Of a stretch of 61,084 nucleotides of DNA, positions 50,201-61,084 are shown piece after piece. The notes below the pieces were generated by a model. That model did no database searches and was not told the origin of the DNA. It was given only the letters and a program-made list of their open reading frames with translations. The translations under genes and the position numbers were made by a program. Source of the stretch: Catajapyx aquilonaris (Eukaryota); NCBI GenBank assembly GCA_000934665.2, contig KZ538567.1, positions 1 through 61,084 on the forward strand. Reading direction: 5' to 3'. Within the stretch, counting starts at the first letter, position 1. Every line of letters starts with the position of its first letter.

Positions 50201-52071
50201 AGGGACCGATTTGGGGAGCTCCAGGAGTGGAACTGGATCAAAAAAACATGGGGACCGGTTTTAAAGCGAGGGGTTTTAACACGTTACGCGTATAGTTGAA
50301 GTCCCTCTTACTTGATGGCTATATACACTTGCAGTGTTATGTTTCCCAGTGCTACAAGCTGTTGCATACCTGCTAGGATGTCATCTTTTTTTTGAGGAAG
50401 AATTTTCACCATACAAAACAGCCAGTTCTTTTTGAATGATCTGTACGCGACTTGAAAGCAAAGGGAATTCCGATCATTCAAAATTCCGACTGCAGGATGT
50501 TAATTCGTTCCTGGAATTGTGTCGCAATTGTCAAGGAGAAACAAGAAGACCTCAGGTGTTTTGATGCTATTTTGGGATCCTCTGATAAAGGATGGGAAAA
50601 CTTTTTTTAAGGTGTTTTTTCGCAATTTTATTTCTTCTTTTTCGCGAGTGTGTCAAAGCCTAGCCATCAATTCTGTACCCAATTTCAGCCTCAATTTCAA
50701 ACGGAATTCAGCTTTTTTTTTTTTTGGCTGAAAGTCGCAAATATCTTGGGTGGATAAAATAGGTTCGACGAACTCTCAGATTACTAACTGCAATTTTTTG
50801 ATTGTGATTAATTAGTTTTTTTTTTGCAGGATTGTTGGAGAGTTGGGGGGGAAAAAATCGCGATGTGGATTCATTACTAAGGGAGGTTATACGTGACAGG
50901 CTGGCGTCAAATGTGGGGGGATAACTAATGAGGGTTTTAGCTACAGCTCGGTTGTTGCCAGACAAAACAAGGTCAAGTACAAAACACTCGTAACCAGCTG
51001 GTGGTTGCGATAAAGACAAGTGGGCATGATAGCGATGGGGATATTGAAGCACATAGTGACTCCAGTTATTTGAAATCAATTGAATATGTCATCTGTGCGG
51101 AAATGAGTCATGTTCAATTTATATGACTCACATTTGCGGTTACTTGCAACTCGAGGTTTAAAAGGTGACTTCTTTTAAAGCTTGAAGCCAAAAAAAGATC
51201 AAAGAGAAAGTCTGCAAAGACTGGTGTTTGAATAAGGTTTGTTCTAATTACAGATGAATTTTTTAATGAGCGCAATACAGTTCGCGCACATTGTTTCCAA
51301 CACTACGCTTGAAGGGGGTAACAAATATGGTCGACTTTTTGCGATGTTACCAAGGCTCTTAGAGCCCCCCCCCCCCCCCCCNCCCCCCTGATAAGCAACG
51401 TTGTTGTCGGAACAATGGACTTGCGCGAGTGTGGGTGCGCACACGGTTGCGCTAGTAAAAATTTCATCTATAACAAGATCGTACTTGTATGCCAGAAGAT
51501 GCTCGAAAAATTGTTGGTCAAAAATAAATGCGTTCAGCTTAATAGAAACCGCCAATAATTAGCGGTTTTAGCTGTTGAGATTTGAAGCAGTTATTGTGGA
51601 AACGGTTAGCAATTATTGCTGACCGTTTCCACAATAACTGCTTCAAATATTAACTCTAAGAATTAGTTTGAACCGCACCGTACAATATGATACATCGTTA
51701 ATAATTGACTGATTGTACCACAATGGGTTGTTTGTTAGTCATGCTCTTTTGGGAGTAATCACTGGCGCATTGAAACATAATTGCATACTACACCCATTAT
51801 TACTGTTTACGCCGTTTGGATTAATATAATTACCGGTAATTACATGCCGGTTCCTTCGTAATAAAATGGCCGAAAATTTGATTCCGATAATGCATGCGAT
51901 TCTCTGTTAAAGTGAATCGAAACTGAAATGAAATATCGAGGCCATCTTTTCCAATTTTTTTCGATTTTTTTTCTATGCGTCATAGGTCAGTTTGACATAA
52001 GTTGAACTACCTTTTGAACTATTTTTAGCCGGATTTTCTTTCATATATAGAGAGGGGGGGGGGGGGGGAAT

Positions 52072-52266
52072 NNNNNNNNNNNNNNNNNNNNNNNNNNNNN
52101 NNNNNNNNNNNNNNNNNNNNNNNNNNNNNNNNNNNNNNNNNNNNNNNNNNNNNNNNNNNNNNNNNNNNNNNNNNNNNNNNNNNNNNNNNNNNNNNNNNNN
52201 NNNNNNNNNNNNNNNNNNNNNNNNNNNNNNNNNNNNNNNNNNNNNNNNNNNNNNNNNNNNNNNNNN
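52072..52266. other. Assembly gap (N run)
   Basis: Ns flanked by poly-G and poly-C tracts. Confidence 0.99.
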
Positions 52267-52876
52267 CCCCCCCCCCCCCCCCAAAAAAAAAATGTGATAT
52301 TTGAACTATGAATTTTTGCACATCGGACCGGGGTGTACGTCATTGCCAACAAATTTTTGTGTGTGCAAAAACCGGGTTATGTTGGCGGAAAAACTGATGG
52401 CGTAATTGGACAGGAATAATCCGGGGGCGTGTGACGCAAATTATCGCCCGGATCTTGGGCAAAAATAGATCCACAAATTTTTTTTGAGGGAAACTGTGCC
52501 AGGTTGTATTAATTATAAGTTGAAGACATTAGCAAATGTGACCGTTTCAATATTATAAATGTGGATTTTTTAAAGAACACAACCGAGTACGCACCATAGT
52601 TCGCGCAGCATGCACGGTTGGCATTATCAATATGATAGCTGGTAAGTTCTGTATTGTGCGCTTAACTTATTTCCAACGCTACCGTTGGGGAAAAACAAAA
52701 TGGCTGACGTTTGCGACGTTGCCAAAGCTCTGGAACGAACCTCGGAGGCTACGTGTGCGAATTTTTTTTTGACCCCCTAGGGAATAACTCTGGCAACGTT
52801 GTCGTCAGAACACCGGAGCTGCGCGATTGTTAGTGCGCACTCGGTTGCGCTTGTAAAATATCAATTTAAGAATCCC

Positions 52877-53312
52877 TATATGAATTTGCTATTATGAATA
52901 TATGAATATTACGAATATATGGATTTGGTATATTATGACTATATGGATTTGGTATATTATGACTATATGAATTTGGTAGATGATGAATATATGAATTTGG
53001 TATATGATGAATATATTAATTTTATTTATAACAACAACAACAATAAATATGTGGCTATATGCACATGCCTTAGTAGTTATTATGAATTTGGTATATGATG
53101 AATATATGAATTTGATGTGTTATGAATATATGAATTTGCTATATTATGAATATGAATATGCCGGGGGCGAGAAGACCGGGGGCGAAACGGCGGGGGCGAG
53201 AAATCCGAGACCCGATGAATATATGAATTTGCTACATTATGAATATGAAAATGATGAATATATGAATTTGCTACATTATGAACGTGAATATGATGAACAT
53301 ATGAATTGCTAT
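52877..53312. repeat. AT-rich minisatellite (~23-bp unit tatgaatttg.tatattatgaata) with a GC-rich insert at 53160-53213
   Basis: Direct reading of degenerate tandem units. Confidence 0.88.
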
Positions 53313-54070
53313 ATAATAGCAACTATTTCGCAATAATATTTCGCGAACTTTGGGAGTTACTTCACCAATTTTTTGTAGATAGTTAATTTAGTGTATTTAT
53401 TTACTCCTGAGGGTAATTTGCAATATTGCGAACCTCCGAGTGTCTGGCTTGAATCGCCTGGCTAATGGAGTAAATATTGATGAACTCTCAGATTCAGACT
53501 TAAATCCTCTCAGGATTTGCAAAGGAGGGGGGGGAAAAAAGTAAGGTGAAGGCAAGTTCTCCCTGGCGGCACTTTCTTGCCAGCTAATCTCAGGGATTAA
53601 TTACGAAGGAAGCAATCTGAGATTGCCTCCGGTACACTTATTGCCAACCTCCAACCGAATTTTTTTGCTGCTAATCGTTCAAACCTCCATAAATACGGTT
53701 AATCACAGGCTAGCCTTCAGGGCTAACACCCTCACCAGAGAGGAGGAAGGGTGGGGGGGGGGGGGGNGGGGGGGGGGTATCACAAAAATAAGTTAGAGTT
53801 CTTTGGACTTGTTTGCGTGAGTTGCATGAAGGTTGCTGGGGTCGAGTCGCGTGCATGCTTCCAACACAGCCAGAGGTCTGGGTTTTAATACTTTGGAAAA
53901 AATAAATATATATAGGGTGGGGTAGTTGGACATTGATCGGTTCTAAAATTGGGTTTTGATCAAGTCCAAGCACCTTTGCAGATAGGAGAGGAAATGGACT
54001 GCTTTTGTTGTGGTGCACTGCTTTGTAACATGGATGAAAATATGCTTTGTGAATTGGGGGGGGGGGGGGG

Positions 54071-54119
54071 NNNNNNNNNNNNNNNNNNNNNNNNNNNNNN
54101 NNNNNNNNNNNNNNNNNNN
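54071..54119. other. Assembly gap (N run)
   Basis: Ns following a poly-G tract. Confidence 0.99.
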
Positions 54120-55249
54120 GCATTTTTGGAGCAAATATTTTCTAAACTAGTAGCTGACCCATTGCCAAATTTTAGCAACACTGCTAAAGTAGGCGATGAG
54201 GCGACATGGAGATATAAGCAGACAGATAGAATAAGGGATTTAGTAGTATCACTATTATAATTGAGCTGCATTTTTCCATTTTGTGCATTGTTGTTCATTA
54301 CATTAAATAATTTTTTCCGTACCTTTAAAGTCGAAAATTCAGACCGCAACAATGAGACCATTTTATTGGCTCCATCGGGCGATAAAGTACGTGATTTTTT
54401 CGTTGTTTTTTATAGGGGGGNGGGGGATCGTTGTTTCGCAATTTGGTTGCATCGATCTGCTATTGAGCGACTCAGGTTGTGGCAGGACATGGCCGTGTAT
54501 ACACGTTAAAAATAGTGGACTGTAAGTCCATTCGGTTCAACTAGGATTTATGAACAGATTCACTTAAAGTAAGACATTTCCATGGGTTTAAAGACATTTT
54601 TTACTAACAGGTAAGCAGTTACTTTTTGAGCTAGAATTGGTGTAAATATTGCTGGTAAAAGTTTTTGTGGTTGTTTAGAGCTGGTTTTAGTGACGTAAAA
54701 TCCGGTTCCTGCGAGATTGCGAAATCGGATCAGAGCGAAAATGTTGGCCCCCGGGTGTAATACAGGGTGATACTGTGGGCGTCCATGTTGTGAAGCAAAT
54801 TGAAGTGGACTGTTGCCAAGGAGCTGTCGAGTCGGGGGGTGCACCAATCAAAAAGGGGGCAGGGACGGAGACGACATCTCGCAGCTGTTAATTGGCTATT
54901 AACGCGACCTCGCTGGTACCATATCCCTCACGTAGATGGCGCTATGCCATTCTCAAGGGTTTAAAGGGTGTAGTGGTACTATAGGCAGAATGCACGTCTG
55001 GCACCTCCAACTTTTCAAATTTCAACAAAAGGTTGCCAGAAGGCATAAGTGACGTTTTTGAAATAATGTTACATTAAAAAAAAAATACATATCACCTACC
55101 GAAGTAGTATGTGGCTCAAATTGCTTTGACCACTTGGTCTTGCAGCAACCATTCACACACACACCCTCACCGTGGGGCCTGTGCGAAGGGTTGCGTCAAG
55201 ACCAGGATAAAGTGGCCAAAACAATTTGAGCCCCATAGCTCAATATCAA

Positions 55250-55471
55250 TCTGTAATATTAAAATCGTAGTGGGCTTGTATGTACAATCCATCTGATTGT
55301 TCCGCCGCATATTGTTACCGCGACGGTTCCTATTGGCCCGCGTTCTACGCATGCGCAGTGGGTGGAGACAGCGCCTCTGGTGGGTGGGAGGAGGAACATT
55401 CATTCGATGTCTGCCGGAGGGTCTATATCGCTCCCTCCACGACCCCCGCATCCAGTCAGCGGTTTTTCTAG
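55250..55471 (+). mobile_element. Helitron-like family B element, complete copy
   Basis: A|TCTGTAATATT start and ggttttTCTAG|T end. Homologous to 22540-22780. Confidence 0.75.
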
Positions 55472-58400
55472 TTTACATATGAAACACACAATCACCTGAG
55501 TACTATTTCCTTTGGAGCATGCGTGGAAATTCGAAAAGTGGGAGGTGCCATATGTGCATTCCCGGAGGACCGCTGCCTATACATGCAAATTTCCTGATGA
55601 ATATGTGAAACAAGCTCACCATCTATCAGTAACAATTTTCAGCACTCTCAGCAATCTGAAAGTGGGTTAGGTAGCCCGGACATACATACGCACAAGCTTT
55701 CTGCTTCATTATGTAAGATTTCCAGGTGAAGTGACCACCACCTTTTTGGATTTATCCAGGTGAGTGTGAATCGTTCCAAGTGCTCTGGAAAGGCTTTCAT
55801 TTGGTGTCGAGAAGTGGATCCAAGTGAGAAGCTGAGTGGGGATGACTTTGTGGTTGGTATTGATTTTGGGAGGCCCAAGCAACGCGGGGGCGGGTTTTGG
55901 GGAAGGCTAGGTGGTGGGTGGGTTGGTGGAACTAGGGAGAGACTAGCTAGGGTGTGGTCTCATGCTTTTTTTTTTCTTTCTTTTCTCTAACCCTTTTCCT
56001 AGCCTTGGCAGCACAACATGCCTGGAGCTGAAAGCAACTCCCCCTTTTTCAAGCCCCCTATGTAACAATAGGCACGTTTTAGGTTACCCCCCTACCACCC
56101 ACCCACATGTAGTTTCCGCCTGGGACAGGCTAAGGTGGCATCGATCTAGCTTGACTTTTGGCTAGCTTCCTGTACAAAAGACGAGCCTCTCAAGGTGTAA
56201 TAACTGGGCTATTCAAAAGTAAGTTTAGAAATGCAGGGCACTTAAAATTTCACACATTACCATGCCTGAATAAACGGTGCTTGTCGGGTACCGGTATTGT
56301 TGGTACCGAATCTTTAGGAAGAAACCTTTCGACCTTTTTAAAGGCGAGTTGAAAGTGTCATCAAAGGGAATTTGTCACTTAACATTCATTTTTGAAATTT
56401 GGCTGTTCGGGGTCGTTTGATAAACTGTCGCTGGAGGATCGTCTCCATCTTTTTTTTTATTGCCCCGGGGCAAATTATCCGGCATCTGAAAGTACCGCCT
56501 ATAAAATGTATACTCCGCAGCAGGAAAAGAGAAGCGGATTTTGGTTGCTCCGATGCAAATGCGGCAATGGGATGTATTTGATCGTAGCTGCCTCTTCTAG
56601 TTTGTGTTTAGGTGACAAATGGTCCAGGTTTTGTGTTTCCGTTTTATGTCAGACTTGAACCGCTCACTTCTGTTCAATGGAAAAGAAAGAAAATAAGAAA
56701 TAGTGCGGATTTCAGACTTTTTCCCCTCAATTATTGGCACATAAGGCATCAGAGTGCTAATTTTCAGCCAGGACATACAGACAAACCTTCTCATTTATAA
56801 ATATAGAGATGCTGAACATATCTGTGTCGTGCATTACGAAAAGGTCACGTCTCCGGCCCCTGCTGTAAGAATAAATGGGAAAAGTTCAGTGAAGCTCGAC
56901 ACTTGGTCCCCCATCTCCTTTTGTATATTTTCTCAGTTGGAAGCAAGGAAGTCATAAAATAACCGGGGGTCTAATTTTCACCCCACCACCTTTTCCCTCC
57001 AACCCCCCCCCCCCTAGCGAATTATGCAAGATGGTTTTTTGGAGGACGATGTAATTTATGCATTTAATTATCGATATTTATTCAAGCTTGACACAGTTGG
57101 TTATCCTGTTTATAGCACCTTTTATGTACCTGTCAGATCAATTGGGTTCACACGTGTCGAAACTCCGCCGGGAGCACATCATATTTATAACACAAGTTTT
57201 TTAAAAATAAAGCACAATTTAGCCTGAATCGACCACCAAAATTTTGTGGACAAAAAACATGCGTGGGTTAGGTTTTCATGTATGAATATTCCCTCAGTGA
57301 ATGTCACGGCGGGTGTTTATTCAGCGTTGTTTGTTTACCAGAATGGACACCTGCATATCCCCTGTGGACATACACCTTTTTTGGGGGGGGACATACAAAC
57401 ACCTTTTATACACATCGACAGTCAGTTATAATCAATTTTTTTTACAGTAAACTGATATTGAAAATGTTATTTTCATATACATTTTGGCCTATGCTGGACT
57501 CATTATCGACCATTTTCATGGCCTTATTTTTGAGGGGAGCATGAGGAGGATGGAGGGGACGAAGAACCGGGGACAATGATTGGCAAACCAATTTTGGAAG
57601 CTCAATTTTGTACCGGTGCATTGGCCTTCAATAAACGTCTAGCAACTGCACACAACGACTCCCTGATGCATAAATCAATTTTCCCAGTTATATTATCTAC
57701 CCAAAAAATGGGGGAAAAAATTGTGCAGAAGACACACCAAATAATATTAAATAAAAATCGATGCTTTAATCAGGCAGATGTAAATAATTGGGCTCAAATT
57801 GCTGATGGATTCGCGTCCGAGCAAAGTTAAGCGCCGAAAGTTCCTATAACAAACGTATAACGAGCTTACTTAAGAGGGGGATTTGACTAGATAATTTTCC
57901 ATATGCAGCATAGCATGCCTGACTTCAAGTGGTGTTGCATAATGGAAAGGGGGGTGGAGGGGGTGGGGGGTTAAAGAGGACGTTCCATTTAAATCCAACG
58001 TTGGCTTGTTGGAACATTGCTTTAAACGCTTATCTGTGTTATACCATTTATTTTCTTTTTTTTTTAAATAAAGCAAGTAGATTTGTAAAATATTAGTTTG
58101 AAAACACACATCCATTGATTTTGTTGGATAAACCACTTTAGGCATTGAGAGAAAGAGGAATCGAGGTGTCTGGAAGGATAACATGGTTATTGGCGTCTGT
58201 CTGATCCTTCCTCTTCCCTTACACCGTCTATTTCCTAACACAATTTACTCCGCCTCTCCACCAGAAAAAGCAGGGGAAAAAACCTCTTTATACATGCGCT
58301 GCTTAGGTGGAGAAAAACGTCGCCTGGGCACAAATTGGCCTCGCGACTCGAAGAAAATGATCCTGAGATCACCAGGCGTCTCAGTAATCGCCACATTATG

Positions 58401-58671
58401 CTGCGGATTTTTTTTAAGCGAGCAAATCGCAGCTCTCTTGAAGCCTTTTTTGCTCGCGATTGTTGTGGATGTGTCATGCTATAAGAAGGAAGATGAAGGT
58501 TTGCAATACAGCCTCCTTTTTTTTCGTCTTTCTGAAGCGGGAGTGGGGGAAGGTTAGAGGGATTCATGGGAATTCCACCCACTCATATCGATTGTTCCAG
58601 GGAGAGACGATCCATAGAGAATGAAGGATCAGCATCAAGTTCTGACTACAAACGACTTATAGACATTGTAA

Positions 58672-58825
58672 CAGTCGGTTAAAGGAGTATCTTGGGGAGA
58701 CCCAAGAAATTAGCCTCCAACAGAGGTGTTGCCTCCCTCTGATGCAATAACTTGTACTCCTCCAGGAAGTACCTCCGTTGGAGGCTAATTTCTTGGTCTG
58801 GCTGGAAAGATACTTTAACCGACTG
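58672..58825. mobile_element. Palindromic MITE (CAGTCGGTTAAAG termini)
   Basis: cagtcggttaaag...ccaagaaattagcctccaac / gttggaggctaatttcttgg...ctttaaccgactg-TA. Confidence 0.8.
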
Positions 58826-58845
58826 TACTCCGTATTATAATCTAA

Positions 58846-59205
58846 CTAGGCACCAACTTGGCAAAATGAGGCAAAAAATGAGGCAAAATTGCGAAAGTGG
58901 CGAGAGATTCGGACCAGGCAGCGACATCCGACGACGAAGTACCGAAGTGAGCGAGTCGCCACCCTGGAGGTGGCGCCCCGCGGCCGGAACGGCGTTTCTG
59001 GAAACTCCGTAGTCGCGGTGGTTTTTAAAAGGCGGTCGGCGTTTTTTTTTTTTGCATTTTATAAATTCCCTGGATGCTATTTCCAAAAAACATAAGTTTA
59101 TTGCAAATATAGAAAACGCGGGCTAAATTTTGACATCACTCCCAATGCTGTAGGCCGTACAGAGCGGGAGGAATCGCCATCACAGTAGGGTATTAATAAT
59201 ATAGA
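58846..59205 (-). mobile_element. Helitron-like family C element; second copy ~47320-47608 (minus)
   Basis: The minus strand starts A|TCTATATTATT and ends gcCTAG|T. Shares gcgacatccgac, gagtcgccaccc.ggaggtggcg and ttgcaaatatagaaaac.cgggc.aaattttgaca with the 47.3-47.6 kb copy. Confidence 0.75.
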
Positions 59206-60745
59206 TATAAATATTACATATACGTACTGTATATAAATGAAAAGGTTTGTCCATACGTATGTCATGGCTATACCTAACCCACTTCCGGAGTACTGAGAGT
59301 GCTGAAACTTGGCACACTGACGTTTTACGTACCGTTAATTCAGAGAAAATTCCGAAAACTCCAATTTTTTAAAGTCTAAATACTGAAAATTTAGGATTGT
59401 CTAAAAATTGGCGTTTGGTGTTTTATATACGAAAATTGTGGATCATTTATTTATCAATCAATTCAGCTTCTAGGTTTATGTACGCCAGTAGGTGAAGGAC
59501 AGGACGTGCGTTATTATACACTTATTGTGAATGTGTGCCCAGACGTGAACACTTGAAGGAAGTTAATTATGGAGTCTGAGTTGGGAATTTGGCAGGGATC
59601 GGGTGCGGCTTTATGACTTTGTTATAAACTGGAGCCCAAGTTATTTCCGAACAGCATGTGTGCTGCGTGTCTGTTTTTCTTGTCCATACGGGAGATCGTT
59701 TGCGTCATTGTTTCTCTTTGCCATAAGGGGTTTAGATTGCCATCTCTGCTCGATGATGAACTGGCGCCTAAACATAGCAATTGCACTGGCTCAATCTCAT
59801 TCAGGTTTGATAAGCCTCTACCAAGCCGCTACTAAGCTTGCCATAAGTGCTACAAATCCACCTGTATTAAAGTGTTGCTCAGGTTGCTTTTATGCAGGAT
59901 CCTGTCCTGCTCAAGTTCACAGTGGAAGTGGGAAAACTCACCCTAGCAACCGGTTGAAAAAAACTTATATTGTTATCAATCATCAACGTTCATCAATTAT
60001 TCTGTTAATATTAAGGAAATGTTGATTTTTTTTGTATTTAAGGACACCCCTTGTAATGGTTGATTTTGAATTAGTAAACGTCTATTATTAACAATCATCA
60101 GCTTTGTTGCCGAGTTACTCAGAGTTACTCCCCGGATTTTAAAGGCCACCAGTCGAGAGAGACCCTTAACTCGCATAATTTTCCAGAGCACTCAAAAGGC
60201 TTGGAATCATTTAAGGCCCCGTTTTTAGGGTCGAGCAAAGTGCAACATCCAATAGTCGCATTTAAAACCTCCGGCTTTAAAGGGCAGGGTTAAAGAAAGA
60301 TGTGCCCTAGGGATAGGACCTAACGACAACTAGGTTCTCTCGAATTTTTTTTTCAAGTGCACTTTTTTGCTACATAGCCAAGGAATATTGCCAACAGAAT
60401 TTTTTTTAATGTTTCTCCTTCCCTTCCTCCCACCATACCCCATCCTTGTTGAACTCTTTCTAAAGTCCCGGAGCTTCATCCATCACGGGTTATCTCTCCG
60501 GAAAAAGGGAGTTCCCCGGCAAGCTTTGGCCCTGGGACACTTTGCGTCACCGCCAATGCACTATCTCCTTCAACACACGAAGAAGTGTGCAAAAAAGTTA
60601 AAAAAAAATAGGAAGTGAGTCAAGAACGAGGACAAGATACGCTCGGAAAAGTCTTCATGTCCGCCATGCTACGGTCTTTACTCTTGTATTCACTACAGGG
60701 TGGTTAGAATAGGTTAGGATAGGTTAGGTTAGGTATTATCAAAAA

Positions 60746-60946
60746 CTAGTGAACCCGCTGCCAAAATTGGGCAAAACCTTTGGAATCAGTATGACAGTGA
60801 TAGAGGTTCCCCGCCGATTTACCACTTAATATTATTCTTCACGCACAGATGGCGCACACTCTCTCTGAACACTCCTGCCAGACTCAAGTCATGCGAGAGA
60901 TAGTGGTACTATCAGATAGGACAAATATCCTAAGCCTATTAGGAGA
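60746..60946 (-). mobile_element. Helitron-like family A element
   Basis: Reverse complement begins TCTCCTAATAGGCTTA and ends ttgcccaattttggcagcgggttcaCTAG|t. Confidence 0.7.
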
Positions 60947-61084
60947 AAGTTGCACTGATATTCGCACACTGTAAACATCTTATATACCAGGGTGTCTATT
61001 GTAACTCTGCAAAGACTTTCAGGGATAATAGAGGGGACCAAGACAAGTATTTTTGACATAGGAACCCGTGTCCGGAAACGTCAT

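Noticed and set aside
52877..53312. CRISPR-like repeat array or the Tyr/Glu/Met-rich ORF 53004-53336
   Set aside because: Degenerate tandem units without unique spacers, eukaryotic context and no cas genes; the ORF is a translation of the minisatellite.
60712..60733. TTAGG telomeric repeats
   Set aside because: Only about four imperfect units, next to a transposon end; not evidence of a telomere or of the taxon.

Overview
Repeat-rich animal genomic DNA (spliceosomal introns, two N-gaps; species not determinable from sequence alone). Bases 1-17 kb hold three tandem, diverging copies of a multi-exon C2H2 zinc-finger gene on the + strand. Each copy begins with the same unrecognised ~65-aa N-terminal exon (RLxxLE coiled-coil repeats followed by WAWCGGC), continues through shuffled phase-0 acidic/NLS exon modules, and ends in one zinc-finger exon. 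This architecture resembles KRAB/ZAD-type clusters. A convergent six-exon SLC23/NAT nucleobase-ascorbate transporter gene with an atypical signature motif lies at 17.9-20.8 kb (- strand). The rest is almost entirely non-coding and probably intronic to a large unidentified + strand gene (candidate exons at ~25.0 and 37.2-37.55 kb). It is densely populated by non-autonomous transposons: Tc1/mariner-, Kolobok-, PIF/Harbinger-, CACTA- and hAT-like MITEs, several Helitron/Helentron-like families, and nested insertions. A tRNA-derived SINE and LINE tails sit in the zinc-finger introns. All alignments and splice models were made by eye and no database was searched.
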